DNA of 64,000 nucleotides, from assembly GCA_030141605.1 (NCBI GenBank), contig JAQGDQ010000258.1, positions 248,001-312,000 on the forward strand, read 5' to 3'. A program made the translations under genes and the position numbers. Shown piece after piece: positions 1 to 12,602 of the stretch (the stretch's first letter is position 1; each line of letters opens with the position of its first letter). Below the pieces are notes generated by a model. That model was not told the origin of the DNA and searched no databases. It saw only the letters and a program-made list of their open reading frames with translations. This stretch comes from Tubiluchus corallicola (Eukaryota; Animalia; Priapulida).

Positions 1-109
1 GTACCTTTTGATACGCTTTAGCTACCGAAAAAAGTGTTTTTTTAAGTAAAACTGAATTCACATGTCAAAATATTAATTACCAGTACAAGAATTATTAACA
101 TCGTCTTAC

Positions 110-262
110 CTCAGCTTGGTAAGCATCTTTTACATTTTTCGCGGATTTAGGAGCATCTATTGATCTATCGGTCACTCTGACCCTTCCTTTTCGAGGGTCC
201 GTCGGTGCAGCATTCGTCAAACACAACAAACCATACAAAACAATCAACCCTACTAACTTCAT
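110..262 (-). CDS. First coding exon of a secreted protein that continues off the left edge; possibly a matrix metalloproteinase-like pre-pro region
   Basis: ATG at 262 opens 51 codons, MKLVGLIVLYGLLCLTNA|APTDPRKGRVRVTDRSIDAPKSAKNVKDAYQAE. It has a hydrophobic signal peptide and ends at a phase-0 GTAAG donor (109-105). A TATA box lies upstream. The MMP call is inference only: MMP exon 1 typically ends in phase 0 just before the xYLxx(F/Y)GYL helix. Confidence 0.7.
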
Positions 263-323
263 CTTCAAAAGAAAGTATTATGTGTGCAGCGCTTCGAGTA
301 TGCTAAATGAGTTCTTAAGCCAG

Positions 324-331
324 CTTATATA
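324..331 (-). promoter_or_regulatory. TATA box of the left-edge secreted-protein gene
   Basis: CTATATAA on the minus strand, ~65 nt upstream of the ATG at 262. Confidence 0.5.
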
Positions 332-1112
332 GATTTGTGATTTTATAGCCCGGGGAAATAACTTTGCAAACTTGTAGACCGGACATGCTTCTTATCTGAG
401 TCTGTGTGTTTGGGGCAAAACCATGCAGAACGGCATCCATTGGCGTAGGCTCAAATTCAACAAATTAATTCTTAATTAATGCAAAATTCTGTTCAGGAGA
501 CACAAACGCCATTTATTTCCCAATTTTTTTGCATGCTTCATTATTAAAACGGACATTATTTGTAATTAATGTAATGCATTGTTTGTATAGCTTTTCTTGG
601 AGCAGCCTTTACACGCCCACACCTGTGCACACAGTACTTTCCGTTTCATAGTGTTGATATTAGACATATATAGGTCTATAATTAACAATCAAGATGTAAG
701 TTGTTTGATTTAGTTTGCTTTGTAGTATAGAACCTAAGACGAATTGTGGCCATTCCTGAGCAGTTATCAAAAATTTAAATAGCTTGCTGAGCATTGTTCA
801 GAATATTTTGACAAGTTTATACAATATTACGTATAAGTACCAAAATAAATGGCGGCACCATTTGATACATTTTTAGCATTGTTGAAAACAATGACTTTGC
901 AAAAATTTGGCAGTGGCTTTCATTATAAATGTTCCTCATTTGTGTGATAGGCTAGACTTCCCACATTTGCGTTCACAAATTGTAGTTCGCAGTAATCATG
1001 AATAAACTAATCACAACTATAAAAAATTACAATTATCTTTTAGGTGCTGTTTTGATCACATACGTATCCCTACATTAAAGCACTATTAATTAAAAAATAT
1101 AAAACACTTCAC

Positions 1113-1180
1113 TGCACTGGGACTCGAACCCAAGGCCTTCTCTTCCCGGGCAGCTATGCTAACCATTATGCCACAGAAGC
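1113..1180 (-). mobile_element. tRNA-derived SINE-like head
   Basis: Minus strand has an A-box (TGGCATAATGG) and a B-box (GGTTCGAGTCC) at tRNA spacing, but no convincing acceptor or anticodon stems. Confidence 0.6.
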
Positions 1181-1639
1181 TCTTGTCTTTTCAGGCTCAG
1201 TTGCCGTTCAGTGATAAGGATGTGAAAAAATGGTGGCTAATGTTGCATTAACAAAAGTTCCGCAAAATATTATGTGCAGTAATATCTACACAAGTATAAT
1301 CTAACGTGACATCAAAAAGATGCGAACACTTTACGTAGTTTCATATTTACAGAGTTTCTCCTTTAAATAGGTAAGTGAGTGAGTGAGTATGTAAGTAAGT
1401 AAGCAGTCAATTAAGCAACAAGGTAAGTAAGTAAATCGATGTGATCTTACATCTTAAAAATCGACGCAGTAAGCACCTTATAATTTATACTCATAATAAA
1501 CAATGAATAATCGATAACGTAATGACAATACCTATATAAGTTACACATAGAATAATTCTCCTAACGTAAGTTTCCGAAATGAAACTTGTAATTATATAGT
1601 CACCATTTCTGCCAGGTTAAGGCGATCTTATTTTGCTTT

Positions 1640-2160
1640 CAAACCAAAGAGTATAACTTTAAAAAACGGGCGAAATACCCCAAAATTGGCGTTCTAATTC
1701 CCATTTTTCTCGGTAAGGCCCCGATTCGAAAAATAAAATATATTAGGCCTAGTGAGTCGACACCAGATCGAGACATTTCTTTTTATATTTGAATTGTTGA
1801 AAAAAGTGGAGCCGCGCATCCCTACTGTCGAAACCATTTTTATAATCACTACATCTATACTTACACTTATAACTGTACATGTATATGCCTAATAATATAT
1901 CACATACATCTGCATTTATATCTATATTCTTAATTAGATAACTGGCCAGATAGCTGTATAGATATAGATATAGATATAGACTTAAATATCTACATAGGAT
2001 AGAGATACAAACAGATGTAGGTACAGATGCAGATACAGATACAAATACAGGATAAGATACAGATACAGGTGTAGATGCAGACATAAATGTAGATGTAATC
2101 GTGGATACGAGTAAGGGTATGGTATTGATATAAGTATAGATATAGATATATAGAAACAAA
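1640..2160 (-). mobile_element. Degenerate 5' fragment of the Helitron family seen at 13251-14866
   Basis: Reverse-complement similarity to ~13330-13480 (CCGATTCGAAAAATAAA; CACYAGATCGAGAC; GTATAACTTT..AAAAAACGG). It is followed by (GATATA/GATACA)n and a minus-strand TCTATAT start near 2155. Confidence 0.55.
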
Positions 2161-4289
2161 TTAATATATACGAAACAGTGTTAATGTAGTACTTTAGATT
2201 GCGTAGATTACTTTACATAGTAAGTTTCAAACAAAAGCTATACGAGTAATTCATGAAATTGCCGGAAAAAATAAATTCTTAAATCTTTCTGATTTTTCAT
2301 TCATTGTCAACTTAAGTAAATTGTAAAGGCTGTAGCGAAGAAATTGCTCATTTATTTTGGGGCGATTGCGTAATAATATTTGGGCAGGAATATAAGTGAA
2401 TTATTCTGACGTTGGCACCCTCGGATACAGCGGCCTCTCTTTATGAACTTGTGGCGTAGTCGTGATGTTGCGAGCCGCCTGAAGGAAATAAATCCAAGTA
2501 AGTTGGTCAGGGTCAAGGCTAATAGTGTCAAAGTCTTGACCATTCCAATTGACTTTTAGCACCCGGAGTTTGTGAAGGTTTACTAAAAAGTTGATTTTAT
2601 CGCGTGCAAGTATATAACTATGTTTGGTAATTTATTATGCACCAGTTTGTACTTGTTTTTGCGTTCTGAATACAATAACCATTGTGTTCTTGTAAATACC
2701 CAATAAATTATAAATTATATCATAATCTGCACAATGCACATATAGCTTATCTTTCATGTGAAGAACTGTGATTTACGTTTCATTGTTGCCATATTTAAGC
2801 TAAATTTTGCCTACAATTATTATGAAGTTTTGTTATGCACAATATTAACATCAATTTCTTTCTAAAACTGCTTGTTTTAATTGGCGGACATGCCGATGAA
2901 CATGATGAAAAAAGAACAGCTATAAAAAGTAGGATAAAAGATTTTAACGCTGTTTCTTCAGACTGGTTAAAGTTTTCTTGGAAGACAATCTTGGCTAGTA
3001 CAAACTTCAGAATGAATGAAATCTCTCATGTGTGCAGTTGAAACAAACCTGTTTTCCCGTCTCTACGCGAAAAAACGTTTTACAGGTAACCTGTGGAATT
3101 TTGTCAGTAATGCCAAGTAAACTAAGAAGATTAGCAACGTAATCACGTGACCTGTTAATTTTAATGTAATTGGTAAATAAACTATTAGTCAATGCTGCCG
3201 CAAGATAGCTCACTGGACTCTACGTCTAACTATTGTATGTAAATTATACTTATGACGTTGAGAACTTTATGTCAAACGATCAGCATGTTGCGTAGAATAC
3301 GCAGTTCCTTCTTTTGGACTCCTGAATTTTTGTGTATTAATATGAATTTTTGGTTTCAGTTCCCGCGTTTTTATTTTCTATTTGTCCAAATTTACGGCTG
3401 TCAAACACTTTCGACCTACGTGTAAAAGCTTTTGTAGAAATTATTCTGCTGCCAATTATTTTCTGGATATTTTAACAGCATTTAATGGTTGCAGTTTTAT
3501 TTAAACCAAGTCTGCTTTGTCGTTGTGTAACTTTTGTCTCAGAACAGATGATTTAATTAGATTACGATAACCACAAATGTAACTTTCCCCTTCTTTATAC
3601 GCTAGTTCTTAGTTTATTGTGGCTTTGCGTATGTATTTCACGCTTTCGTAGATTCATGGTATTTTTTGGCACAACAAAGCTTAACTTTTTGAAAATGATT
3701 GTGCATGTGGCATGTCATTGATGAGTTCAGAGAAAAGCGATTACTAACGAGATAAACATAGTCTAGATCCGGTTGCACAAGCACGTGACCTCGGGAATAA
3801 GAGGAGGTTTTACTGAAAGCAAAACTTTTGACATTCGTACTTATCCAAAACGTGCAGGAAAATTATGAACTGGTTCAGGCATTATCATTCTCCTAAAGTT
3901 TGCATGATTTTTTTGGTTGGAAGATGCTTATACTCCGTTTGGTTTTTCTCCTCACAGTCTTATACTAATTATTTAATCATACTTTGTCGTGCTTGTTATA
4001 TTTGAGGTAAATTCAATTCAATTCAATTCAATTCTAATATTAATAATTCAATTTTAACTTAATTTGTTTATGGAAAGATGCAAGACTCAATTAAATGTCT
4101 CCGCAGACCCTATCTCGCCCTGTGCAGGCGGTTGCAATGTCAAGTTTACTCTAGAGGGTTTCTGTAAACTTTGAGTCATTGAAAACTTTCCATTTAAGTT
4201 GAAGGAAGTTAATTAATTATTACGAACAAAGTTGGCTTATTCAAAAACAAACCTGAAAGAGAAAAGTCACAAAATTTATATCAATGTAA

Positions 4290-4850
4290 AATGAGTTAAT
4301 TAAACAACTTTCATCAATTTATTACTTAATGAATTGCTACAATTTTTTTCTTTGCAGCATGTATTACCTAATCGTTCTAGCAAATTTAAACTCAATTAGA
4401 TCATGGGAACTTTTAATTTAAATCAATGTAGAACTGATCAATTAAACAGATTTAATTAATTAACTGATTAGTGAACTACTACAATTTTTTGTTGTTGTAA
4501 ACCAAGGACATCCAAGCCAATCGTTCTATCAAATTTTAATTCTACTGAGTTGTAGGAACGGGCAATTTAACTCAATTTCAAATGAATTAATTAAACAGCT
4601 TTAATTAATTAACCAGTTAGCGAACTGCTACAAATTTTTGGTTTTGAACAAGGACAAGGATGATAGATAATCATCATGGTATATTTTAACTCAGTTGGAT
4701 AATTACTTTTCAGTGGAATTTGATCAATTTAAAGTTTATTAATTAAGCAGTTCTAATTAATTGAGTTATTAATAAATTGTAACAAATTTTACCTTGAACC
4801 AAAGACATCCTGTCTAACCATCAAACCAAATTTTAGCTGGGATGAATAAA
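4290..4850. repeat. Diverged tandem array, ~4 units of ~145-150 bp, probably internal to a HINE/DINE-like element
   Basis: The block ATTAA(A/G)CA...GAAYTGCTACAA-TTTTT...AATCGTTCTA..CAAATTT recurs near 4299, 4441, 4590 and 4742. Confidence 0.7.
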
Positions 4851-4989
4851 TCTTTTGGAACCGCATAATGTATAAATTTTTGGAGTTGAAAAAAGTGTGA
4901 TAGACAGAGTGAATGAATAACCGGATTTTTGTAATTTCCGAGCTAACATCGAGAAAAATGTTCAGCTGATTTTCTTAGCAATATTCATT

Positions 4990-4995
4990 TTTATT
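4990..4995 (-). promoter_or_regulatory. Candidate polyadenylation signal of the chitin deacetylase mRNA
   Basis: AATAAA on the minus strand ~630 nt past the stop codon; position only. Confidence 0.3.
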
Positions 4996-5626
4996 TACTA
5001 GAATGTCGCATCGTCAATACCTATAAATCCATTTACAATCTATAGAATATCGCAGTAAAATATAAAGAAAAATGTTACATCACTAAATTTTGTACACGTA
5101 TATCAGTATATTTACACATTCACTGTGTGAGTACAATTTAATAAGCCTTACAAAACAAATAATTATGACTATCAAGCAGAATTATTATGATCCAACCCAG
5201 ACAACGCATAGGCTACTGTGTTGAAATTCTTGCAAGTATCCTACTACTGAGTAATAATTTAAAAACTAAAACACTTAAAAACTCGATATAACAGTGAAGA
5301 ACTGAAAGAGATTATTTTTACATTTTAGCTACAATCCGATAGCTTTAAAAATGTAGCCTTAATTTTTCATTTTGTAAACAGTATCTTGTTATTACATTCA
5401 GTGCTTTAATATAGGCCTACTTTTTGTGTGCAGATAGTTCAGTCTTCACGTTTATCCAGTTACTATCTAATTTACCTACAATGCAGTTAAGGAATGAAAA
5501 AATAGATATGCTATCAACTTTAATTAATAATCAATTAATTTCTACAAAGTCGAATTTTATGATCTTATGCATTGGGCAACACAGTTATTCTGCTTAACTG
5601 CCTCAATGAATATTTGGATGAGCACG

Positions 5627-6428
5627 TCAGCTCCCGGAAAGATTGACAGGTATACCTTGCACCCAAGGATACTTCTCTGGACAGGGCACACAAGTTTTCA
5701 TGTAGTAAGTCATTAAACCTATATTGTATTTACAAGTATTGGGAACAGAGCAGGGTGGAGATCTTTCTTGCATTTTGTGGCAGCTGAAAGGTGACGTTGG
5801 ACCGTGCAGTTCATCTAGCGGTATAGGATGACGCACCCAATCAAGGACTTGTTTCACAGTAACAAACCACACATCCGGAAGCTTGGTAATCTCATCCATG
5901 AACTGCATCATGGCCGCTTTCTGGTTCTTATTGTAAAACCAAGCAGCGTGGAAGAACAGTGGAAAAGGAGCTCGGTTGCTGTTATAGTGTTCGAAAAAAT
6001 TCTTGCGAAGTCCTTCAATGGTGTCCTTGGAACGATACTTCCATGGACAAGCATCAACCATCGCACAGTCGAAGTTTGTTGAATCCTGAAACGTTATCAT
6101 GGGTACCTCCCAAAGTCCTGGGTAAGATCGCTGGGGACATGTCTTATCAGTGGCGCAAGCTTCTTGAGGAATTTTGTACTCCATGGTGAAAGGCCAGAAA
6201 GGAGGATGAGTTTTTATTGCAGGAATTGACGAATCATACAGAAAGCGTTCTTGGTAAAGCATCTGCATTTGCTCGTCTCCGTTAGTGGCAAGAAATGGAG
6301 CTCGCATTCCTAGCACATCAGATCTATTGACATTTCCCAGCTGTTCTAAAAACTCTCGCTGTCCTGCTATCTCTGCCTTCCATTCTGCAGTGGTGGCTTT
6401 CTTCCACCAACCATCTGGAACGCGATGA
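5627..6428 (-). CDS. Cda5: Chitin deacetylase (CDA5-like) exon 6: C-terminal part of the CE4 polysaccharide deacetylase domain and stop
   Basis: TTTTCAG acceptor (6430-6429), phase 2, completes HSIS-H. Contains GMRAPFL, FLYDSS, PGLWEVPM, CAMVDAC, NRAPFPLFFH and DVWFVT..QV..W, plus the Cys-rich CP..YPW tail typical of arthropod-type CDAs. Confidence 0.93.
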
Positions 6429-6882
6429 CTGAAAACATGTGAACGTGTCATTGAAGTGTGAAGTTCTGGTAGCAAAAAATGGTGTTTTTCTAACAAACAA
6501 TGAGGGTGCTGTACGTTTAGGTCATAAGTTGAGTACAACAGTTAGTGATCGATGATAGTATGGTTTCTTTTACCATAGCCAAATTTTGGGCAAGTTTTAA
6601 TAGTCTTAAAAACTGATTTTGCCCAAATTTTTCTTAACTCACAATGTAAATTATTTAAACAGTACTGTTGTAGTTTTTATGGCGTACTCTTACGGAACCT
6701 GTCTAGCCAATGTGTTGCTAAATTATGTGTTGCATGGAGACTGCTATTTGTAACCCGTTTTCGTCGTTTTATACCAATATTACTGAAAATTTATGCTCAG
6801 ACATAATTGTGGCTCATAATTTGACGTCTTTACGTAATGATATTTTAAATAATTACTATAAGAACATTCCTATTCAGAATAC

Positions 6883-7107
6883 GCAAACAAAATCACACAC
6901 TAGTTAATGCAGATTTCATTAATAATGCAGGTAACATTTGAGTCAAATACATCACAGTGTAGTATATTTTCACGCAAGTCAATCAAGCGTCTTAAAAGAA
7001 ATGATTGATTTGCGTGAAAATATACTACACTGTGATGTGCTTGAGTCAAATGATGTTGACTGCATTATTAATGAAATGTGTATTAACTAGTGTGTGATTT
7101 TATTTGC
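6883..7107. repeat. Foldback hairpin with ~103-bp arms and a 16-nt loop, in CDA intron 5
   Basis: 6883-6985 is the near-perfect reverse complement of 7002-7107 (e.g. CATCACAGTGTAGTATATTTTCACGCAA / TTGCGTGAAAATATACTACACTGTGATG). Confidence 0.9.
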
Positions 7108-7231
7108 ATCTTCTCTAGACGCTTTTTTACCTTTATATCTTACATGCTATCTTACAGACTATTTTTGTAGTTATTTTCTTATGTGTACCATGTAATTCTG
7201 AATTCAATTCATATGCGAATGAAGATAGTAT

Positions 7232-7261
7232 AATGATGATGATGATGACGATGATGATGAT

Positions 7262-7299
<38 letters not shown>

Positions 7300-7350
7300 T
7301 GACGATGACGATGATGATGATGATGATGATAATAATAATAATAATAACAA
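7232..7350. repeat. (GAT/GAC)n-(AAT)n compound microsatellite
   Basis: Directly visible. Confidence 0.9.
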
Positions 7351-7799
7351 CGTTATTAAATACATTTTACTCAAGAAAATAATTATAACTATTTAAAAAT
7401 AAAATCTTTTTTGTTGAGCCATTTTCTTGATGAGTTAATCTCTGAAATATTTTTTATTAAAACTTTAACTTACATGTGATTATAATTAGTCTTCATGTCT
7501 ACTGTGCAAAATTAAACTGAATCTCTTTGCCTGTATGTGTAGGTTATGTTCATTAACATGCTCTATCTTGGCAAAACGTTTATCTGATCAATATGTTTTT
7601 AAGAGAACTGTTGCTCGTTTTCATAATAAATAAAATTCTTGGTGTATCATAAATTAAATTAAATTGTGTTTCGGGTCTGCCCATACATTACTCTCAAAAG
7701 AGTAAGAAACTCGTTTAGTGTATTTTACAAATGTAGTTCTACAGGTAACAGGTGCAGAAAATTCTAACTTTAGATTTAATCTGTCATTCGTTAACTTAC

Positions 7800-7936
7800 C
7801 TTATTGAATGTGAGGCAAGCTCATGGCCTTTGGAATAGAGGTGCTGCACCACATGGTAATCTGTGTACTTGTGTGATGTAAAGAAAGTCAGTGTGATTGG
7901 GCAACCATCAGGATTTGTCCTATTTTCATACATAGC
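7800..7936 (-). CDS. Cda5: Chitin deacetylase exon 5, carrying the metal-binding His motif
   Basis: AG acceptor at 7938-7937 and GTAAGT donor from 7799; 137 nt, phase 0 to 2. Translates AMYENRTNPDGCPITLTFFTSHKYTDYHVVQHLYSKGHELASHSI(S). Absent from the ORF track. Confidence 0.93.
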
Positions 7937-8461
7937 CTAAATTGAAACAATTACAGAAAAAATGAAACCACACAATATAAAAAGGATAAACAATCGTGAT
8001 TTACAGTTAATAATTATTAGTAGATTCTCAGATTTCATTGCACATATGGCACGTCTCACTTTACTTTGATCACAGTTATAATTATGGTCATAATCCACAT
8101 TCATTTTTTCAAGCGTTAACTTCCCGTGTGTAAAATATAGCAGTCGTTATTATATTGTAATATGATTGTATCTGACAAACTTTGAAAAATTGGTTTTCCT
8201 ATTAGCCATTTCAAGTAAGTAAAATATGTAGGAACTCTTTTGGTGTTTAACCTTCGATCCCAAGAATGCAGCATTTGTAGCACAGGTCAAGGATAATTTC
8301 ATTTATTTAAAATTATGATGTAGATGGACAGGCGAGTAGCGTCACTGTGCTGCACATGACCATGATAGGCACTACAATGCCGTGCAGCTTTTTAACTTCG
8401 AAATATGGCATGACAAAACTGCTTAATGCAGCAAATTTAGCAACTATAATGTAGCACATAC

Positions 8462-8619
8462 CCGGTAAACGTTCCGGTAGTCTAATTCCGTCACTGCGTC
8501 ATCAAAGGTAAGCATGATCATCTGAGGAACTTGGGAAACTGGAATTTCTCCAGGAATTTCACTGCTTGCACATCGACAATCAGGAAGCTTACATTTTGAA
8601 GGCTTGCATGGTTTTGCGG
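8462..8619 (-). CDS. Cda5: Chitin deacetylase exon 4: start of the catalytic domain with the TFDD motif
   Basis: AG acceptor at 8621-8620 and GTATGT donor from 8461; 158 nt, phase 1 to 0. Translates AKPCKPSKCKLPDCRCASSEIPGEIPVSQVPQMIMLTFDDAVTELDYRNVYR. Confidence 0.93.
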
Positions 8620-9790
8620 CTATAAATGTAGTAGTGATTACAGTTACGGGTTATAGATGTACAATCATTGAACATTTTCATGGATTCCATTATTTTTGTC
8701 AATGGCCAAGTTACCTTTGATACATTCGTTAACCACTTCATGATAATTTTTTAACTACTTTTTACACTCCTTTGCTATTTAGCGGCTGTTTAGTGGTAAA
8801 TAAGCACGAATAAAGAGGTTCAGGTTAAATTAAATAATTTAATCAAGTTATTTAATTTTCGTATAATACAAAGTTGCATAACCAGGGAAGGGAGATATAT
8901 TTATGGCACATGGATCCTTTACTTCTGAGACACAGAAATTTGAACTGAAATTTGCAATTGTTCAGTTGCGCAGTCACTATAGCATGCAGGTGGATGAATC
9001 TAGCCAACAAACGACTTATTATTAGCAACAGTGATAAAATGTGCGTGCGACAGACAATTATTGTTTATAACGCACGTTAGTCGCAGCTAATGCACGTTAT
9101 TTCGTCATGTGTAAACGAGCGCCGTTTGCGTTGCAGGACAGGAAAAGATATTCCCTATTGACTCGATTAGTGTTTCTTTGTACTTTGCAAAAAGTTTTTC
9201 TGCTGGATTACTGTTGCGTTTACCTGTCTGAAGGCAAATTTCTTTTAATTTAGAATTCTGCCTGCCCAATGTCTTCAATAGACGTGACGGGCGTATGATG
9301 ATGATGATATTTTGCAAAATTTATGGTTAGTTTCGTTGCGAGATTTTGTAAATGTTCCAGTGTGTTTATTTTAGTGGAAGTCAGTGTTTAGCATTAACGG
9401 CGGGTAAATTTTCTGAATTTGTTAAAATTTCGAAGTTGTTCAATGAACTGCAATCACCTTAAAATAAAGACCCACTCACTCTTTATGACTTGCATATAAA
9501 AACTTTCTGTTTGTGAAGAAGAGTAGTGGTGAAATCAATTTCCAATTTTTTTGTGTGCGACAAGTGGTTCCAGTTAAATAATAAAACTAACAAATTAAAG
9601 TTAATAATTAACTTGAACATTCGGGGTACTGTGCCTGCATATTTTGTACTGGGGAAAACAAACTGCTCGTGTAGCGTCACTGCAATGTTGTCTGCAGTTG
9701 CAAAAACAAGCATAGTTTATAACAGATTTATATTATTGCCACAGAAATTTCAGCCTATTCAACTAGTACTTTATCAGCACTAAAAGTTAT

Positions 9791-10973
9791 GGCAGTGGCT
9801 AGAGGTACGGATCCGTACTCGTCTTTTTTGCAATACCAAATACGGATCCGTATTCGTAGCTATTTTTGCAACAAATACGGATCCGTGCTTTTTGTGACAT
9901 TTACAAAACATGCGGATTTTGACAAATTTTACGACATACAGCGTTTAACCATGTGCCCTACACATCATTGAAAAGTACATGCCCACTTAACAGAAATGGT
10001 GATATGGCATTATACAGCCTGTAGCTGTACCGTTTTTCTTCGGTACCATTTTTTTCGTGATATAATAGTTACACTGTAACTTTTGTGCACTGAGTGTAGA
10101 TGCTCATTTAGTAATGCAGTAAAGCACTTTGATACTTCAAAAATAAACTTCTAGAATTTTGCATTTTGTAAAAAAATGTTCTAACTGAATAATTAAATTG
10201 TAATAATTTTGCCACTGTGCAGACAATAGCTCACTGTTGTTGCAATTTCCTTAGAGTTCCATGTAAAGTAGCAGAACTTGAGTAAAAAACATTTTATAAT
10301 TATTAAAAATTAAAACGGGTATACACAGTAATAGGATATTCACATTCTTTTTAAAGGTATTTATCAGTAGAAATATTAACTAAGGTCAAGCAAGTACCCT
10401 AAAACTTATGTAATCTATTACATTATTAAATGTTCAAGCACTAACAATGCTAATTAGTGAGATACAACTGTTACAATGGGAAGACACATATGTATTCAAT
10501 TGGCAATATAAACATATTCATATCAGAAAAAATTAAAAGTTTAGCGTAATATAAGAAAAATGTTATTTTAATCTAATCCTGTTGTTTTTCGTATGCAAAT
10601 GGAGGATAAACACTTCTTTCATACCAAAAATAGGCAGACACTATGTTTGCGTTATAGTAATAAAGCATGACTCGCCCACCGTAATATGACGGAGTGTTGC
10701 TCGCATTCACCGCGTGTCTTATTTAGGGATTACGTAGTAATATAGATATCTATGAGGATATTCAACTTCACTCAATCTGCAAATCTTGCAGATGCGGATA
10801 TTTACAATTGTGGATTTTGAGGTTGCAGATAAACAAGAAAGTGATATATTGCCCTTCTCTGACGGCGATTTCTCGTCAATATCTTTCGCGGTACGGATCG
10901 ATCCGTATTTTCTAGTGAATGCTTTCGAGACACGGATCAGTATTTTAACGGGTCCGTACCGTTAGTCACTGCC
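9791..10973. mobile_element. Non-autonomous DNA transposon with a 9-bp TSD (Mutator/MULE-like)
   Basis: Imperfect TIRs GGCAGTGGCTAGAGGTACGGATCCG and GGCAGTGACTAACGGTACGGACCCG (reverse complement). Perfect TSD AAAAGTTAT at 9782-9790 and 10974-10982. Subterminal TACGGATCCGTA palindromes. Confidence 0.85.
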
Positions 10974-11992
10974 AAAAGTTATATATATGTTAGAAGTTTT
11001 TAAAAGATTTACAAAAGTGTTAAACTGAGATTTGATTGCTGCTATAAACTCGGTAGACAACTTAGGCTGTCACTTCTGTTTGATTCTGATTGCACCTAAT
11101 GAATTATTAAACTTAATACCCAGCTGTATATTACTACAGAAAAGGAATTTTTATATAAAATCTGCCATATTTACCCGCTAATACAATAAAATTATAATTT
11201 AGTAGTCAAATTGGTAAATTACTGCTATAGCAAATTTTTACTTGCCTTAAACTCCATAACTAATATGTATATTAGCCTTAGTCATGTATTATGTTTCCCA
11301 TCACTGCCCACTCTTTTGTACTAGCTAGCTGTTCACAATGTCACACTTTATGACTTTTTGCCCAGGATGCATAAATTTAAACATGTAATAGAAAGGTTTG
11401 CAAACTCCTTGCAATCAAGGAGGGTTGAGGGAAGGAGAGCACGAATATGAAAAAACGACGTTATTTACCAAGATGTTAGTTATCCGAAAAAGCAATTGCT
11501 TATTAGCATTCAGGCAAATTAAAAAAGTTTTTGTTTAAAATAATTCTTTAAAAATGTATATGTTCCTATTTTAAGAAGAAATCACATCCCTTTGATTACA
11601 ACTCATTAACTATAAACTGTTTTTTTTTATCGTCATACATACTCATTTCAAGACATGTTACTTAAACTTTTGTGAAAAAAGATTGTGAGAATGGGCATTT
11701 GCTTTAACAAAAACTTGCTGATATTAGTGCTTTGTTCAACTTCATAATAAAGATAAACATCACTGAAACTATTTTCGGCAAAACTTAGAGTAACCAACAA
11801 AAAAATCATACATAGTCATCTATTAAAATGTACTTTGTAGCTGCAACTGAAAGAAATTTAAGTTAAGATTTGGCAATACAGAAAAATGGAAATTGTAATG
11901 CTTTATCTGGCCTGAAAAATATAGGGTAGCTTGCAGTTTGTATAGTTCCTTCTGATTAATACATGATTTGCACAAGTCTTTTTTTTTATTAA

Positions 11993-12602
11993 AGGAAAAC
12001 AGGGTGATTATTCATATCATACCACATTTTGAAGTTTAGCAAAAAATATACATTTTAACATCTATAATAATACCAAAACGATTTGCTAATTAAATAATAG
12101 GTTGAGAACTTAATTAATGGTGATGACACCCAACTAGTGGTGGCGTCACAACTAAACATAATTCTCAACAGCACAAGCATTCCACGAACAGGTTGCACAT
12201 GTATGCGAACATGAAAATTGAAATATACTGCTACAGTACAATATTCAGTGTGATATATAAAAACTCAGCAAATTTTAAGTTTAAAAATTCAGATTTCAAA
12301 TTTACCGCTGTGCTCACGCATGAGCTTTTGAATGGTTGCACTAGGTCACAAATGAACAACTGTAAAGTGAGCACCTGTTTTTAATGCATTTCCGAGATGC
12401 AGGCGCTGATGACCATCTGATCAAGTGAATGACAAAATGTGTGGGACAGCAAAGAATTAGCCACACGAATGTGAAATTACGTTTCTGTGGTAATAATTTT
12501 TTTCATTTCAGTCATTTTTCACGAAAAAGCATATGTTCCCTTTCAATGTTTTATAGGGTAGATTGTTTTGACCTATAGTTTCAGACTGAGTCTGGTGTAC
12601 CT
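11993..12602. mobile_element. Possible TTAA-flanked MITE (Kolobok-like AGG ends)
   Basis: TTAA|AGG at the left and CCT|TTAA at the right; the TIR beyond that is weak. Confidence 0.3.

Noticed and set aside
1113-1180. Functional tRNA gene (also 24401-24645 and the B-box near 40000)
   Set aside because: A/B boxes are present but the cloverleaf stems do not pair properly; treated as tRNA-derived repeats.
6429-6538. N-terminal extension of the 303-aa ORF (MYSTYDLN...)
   Set aside because: Intronic read-through; homology starts at the acceptor at 6429, where HSIS|H is completed by splicing.
7020-7045. microRNA within the 6.9-kb hairpin
   Set aside because: The stem is far longer than a pre-miRNA and I recognise no mature miRNA beyond a short chance match.
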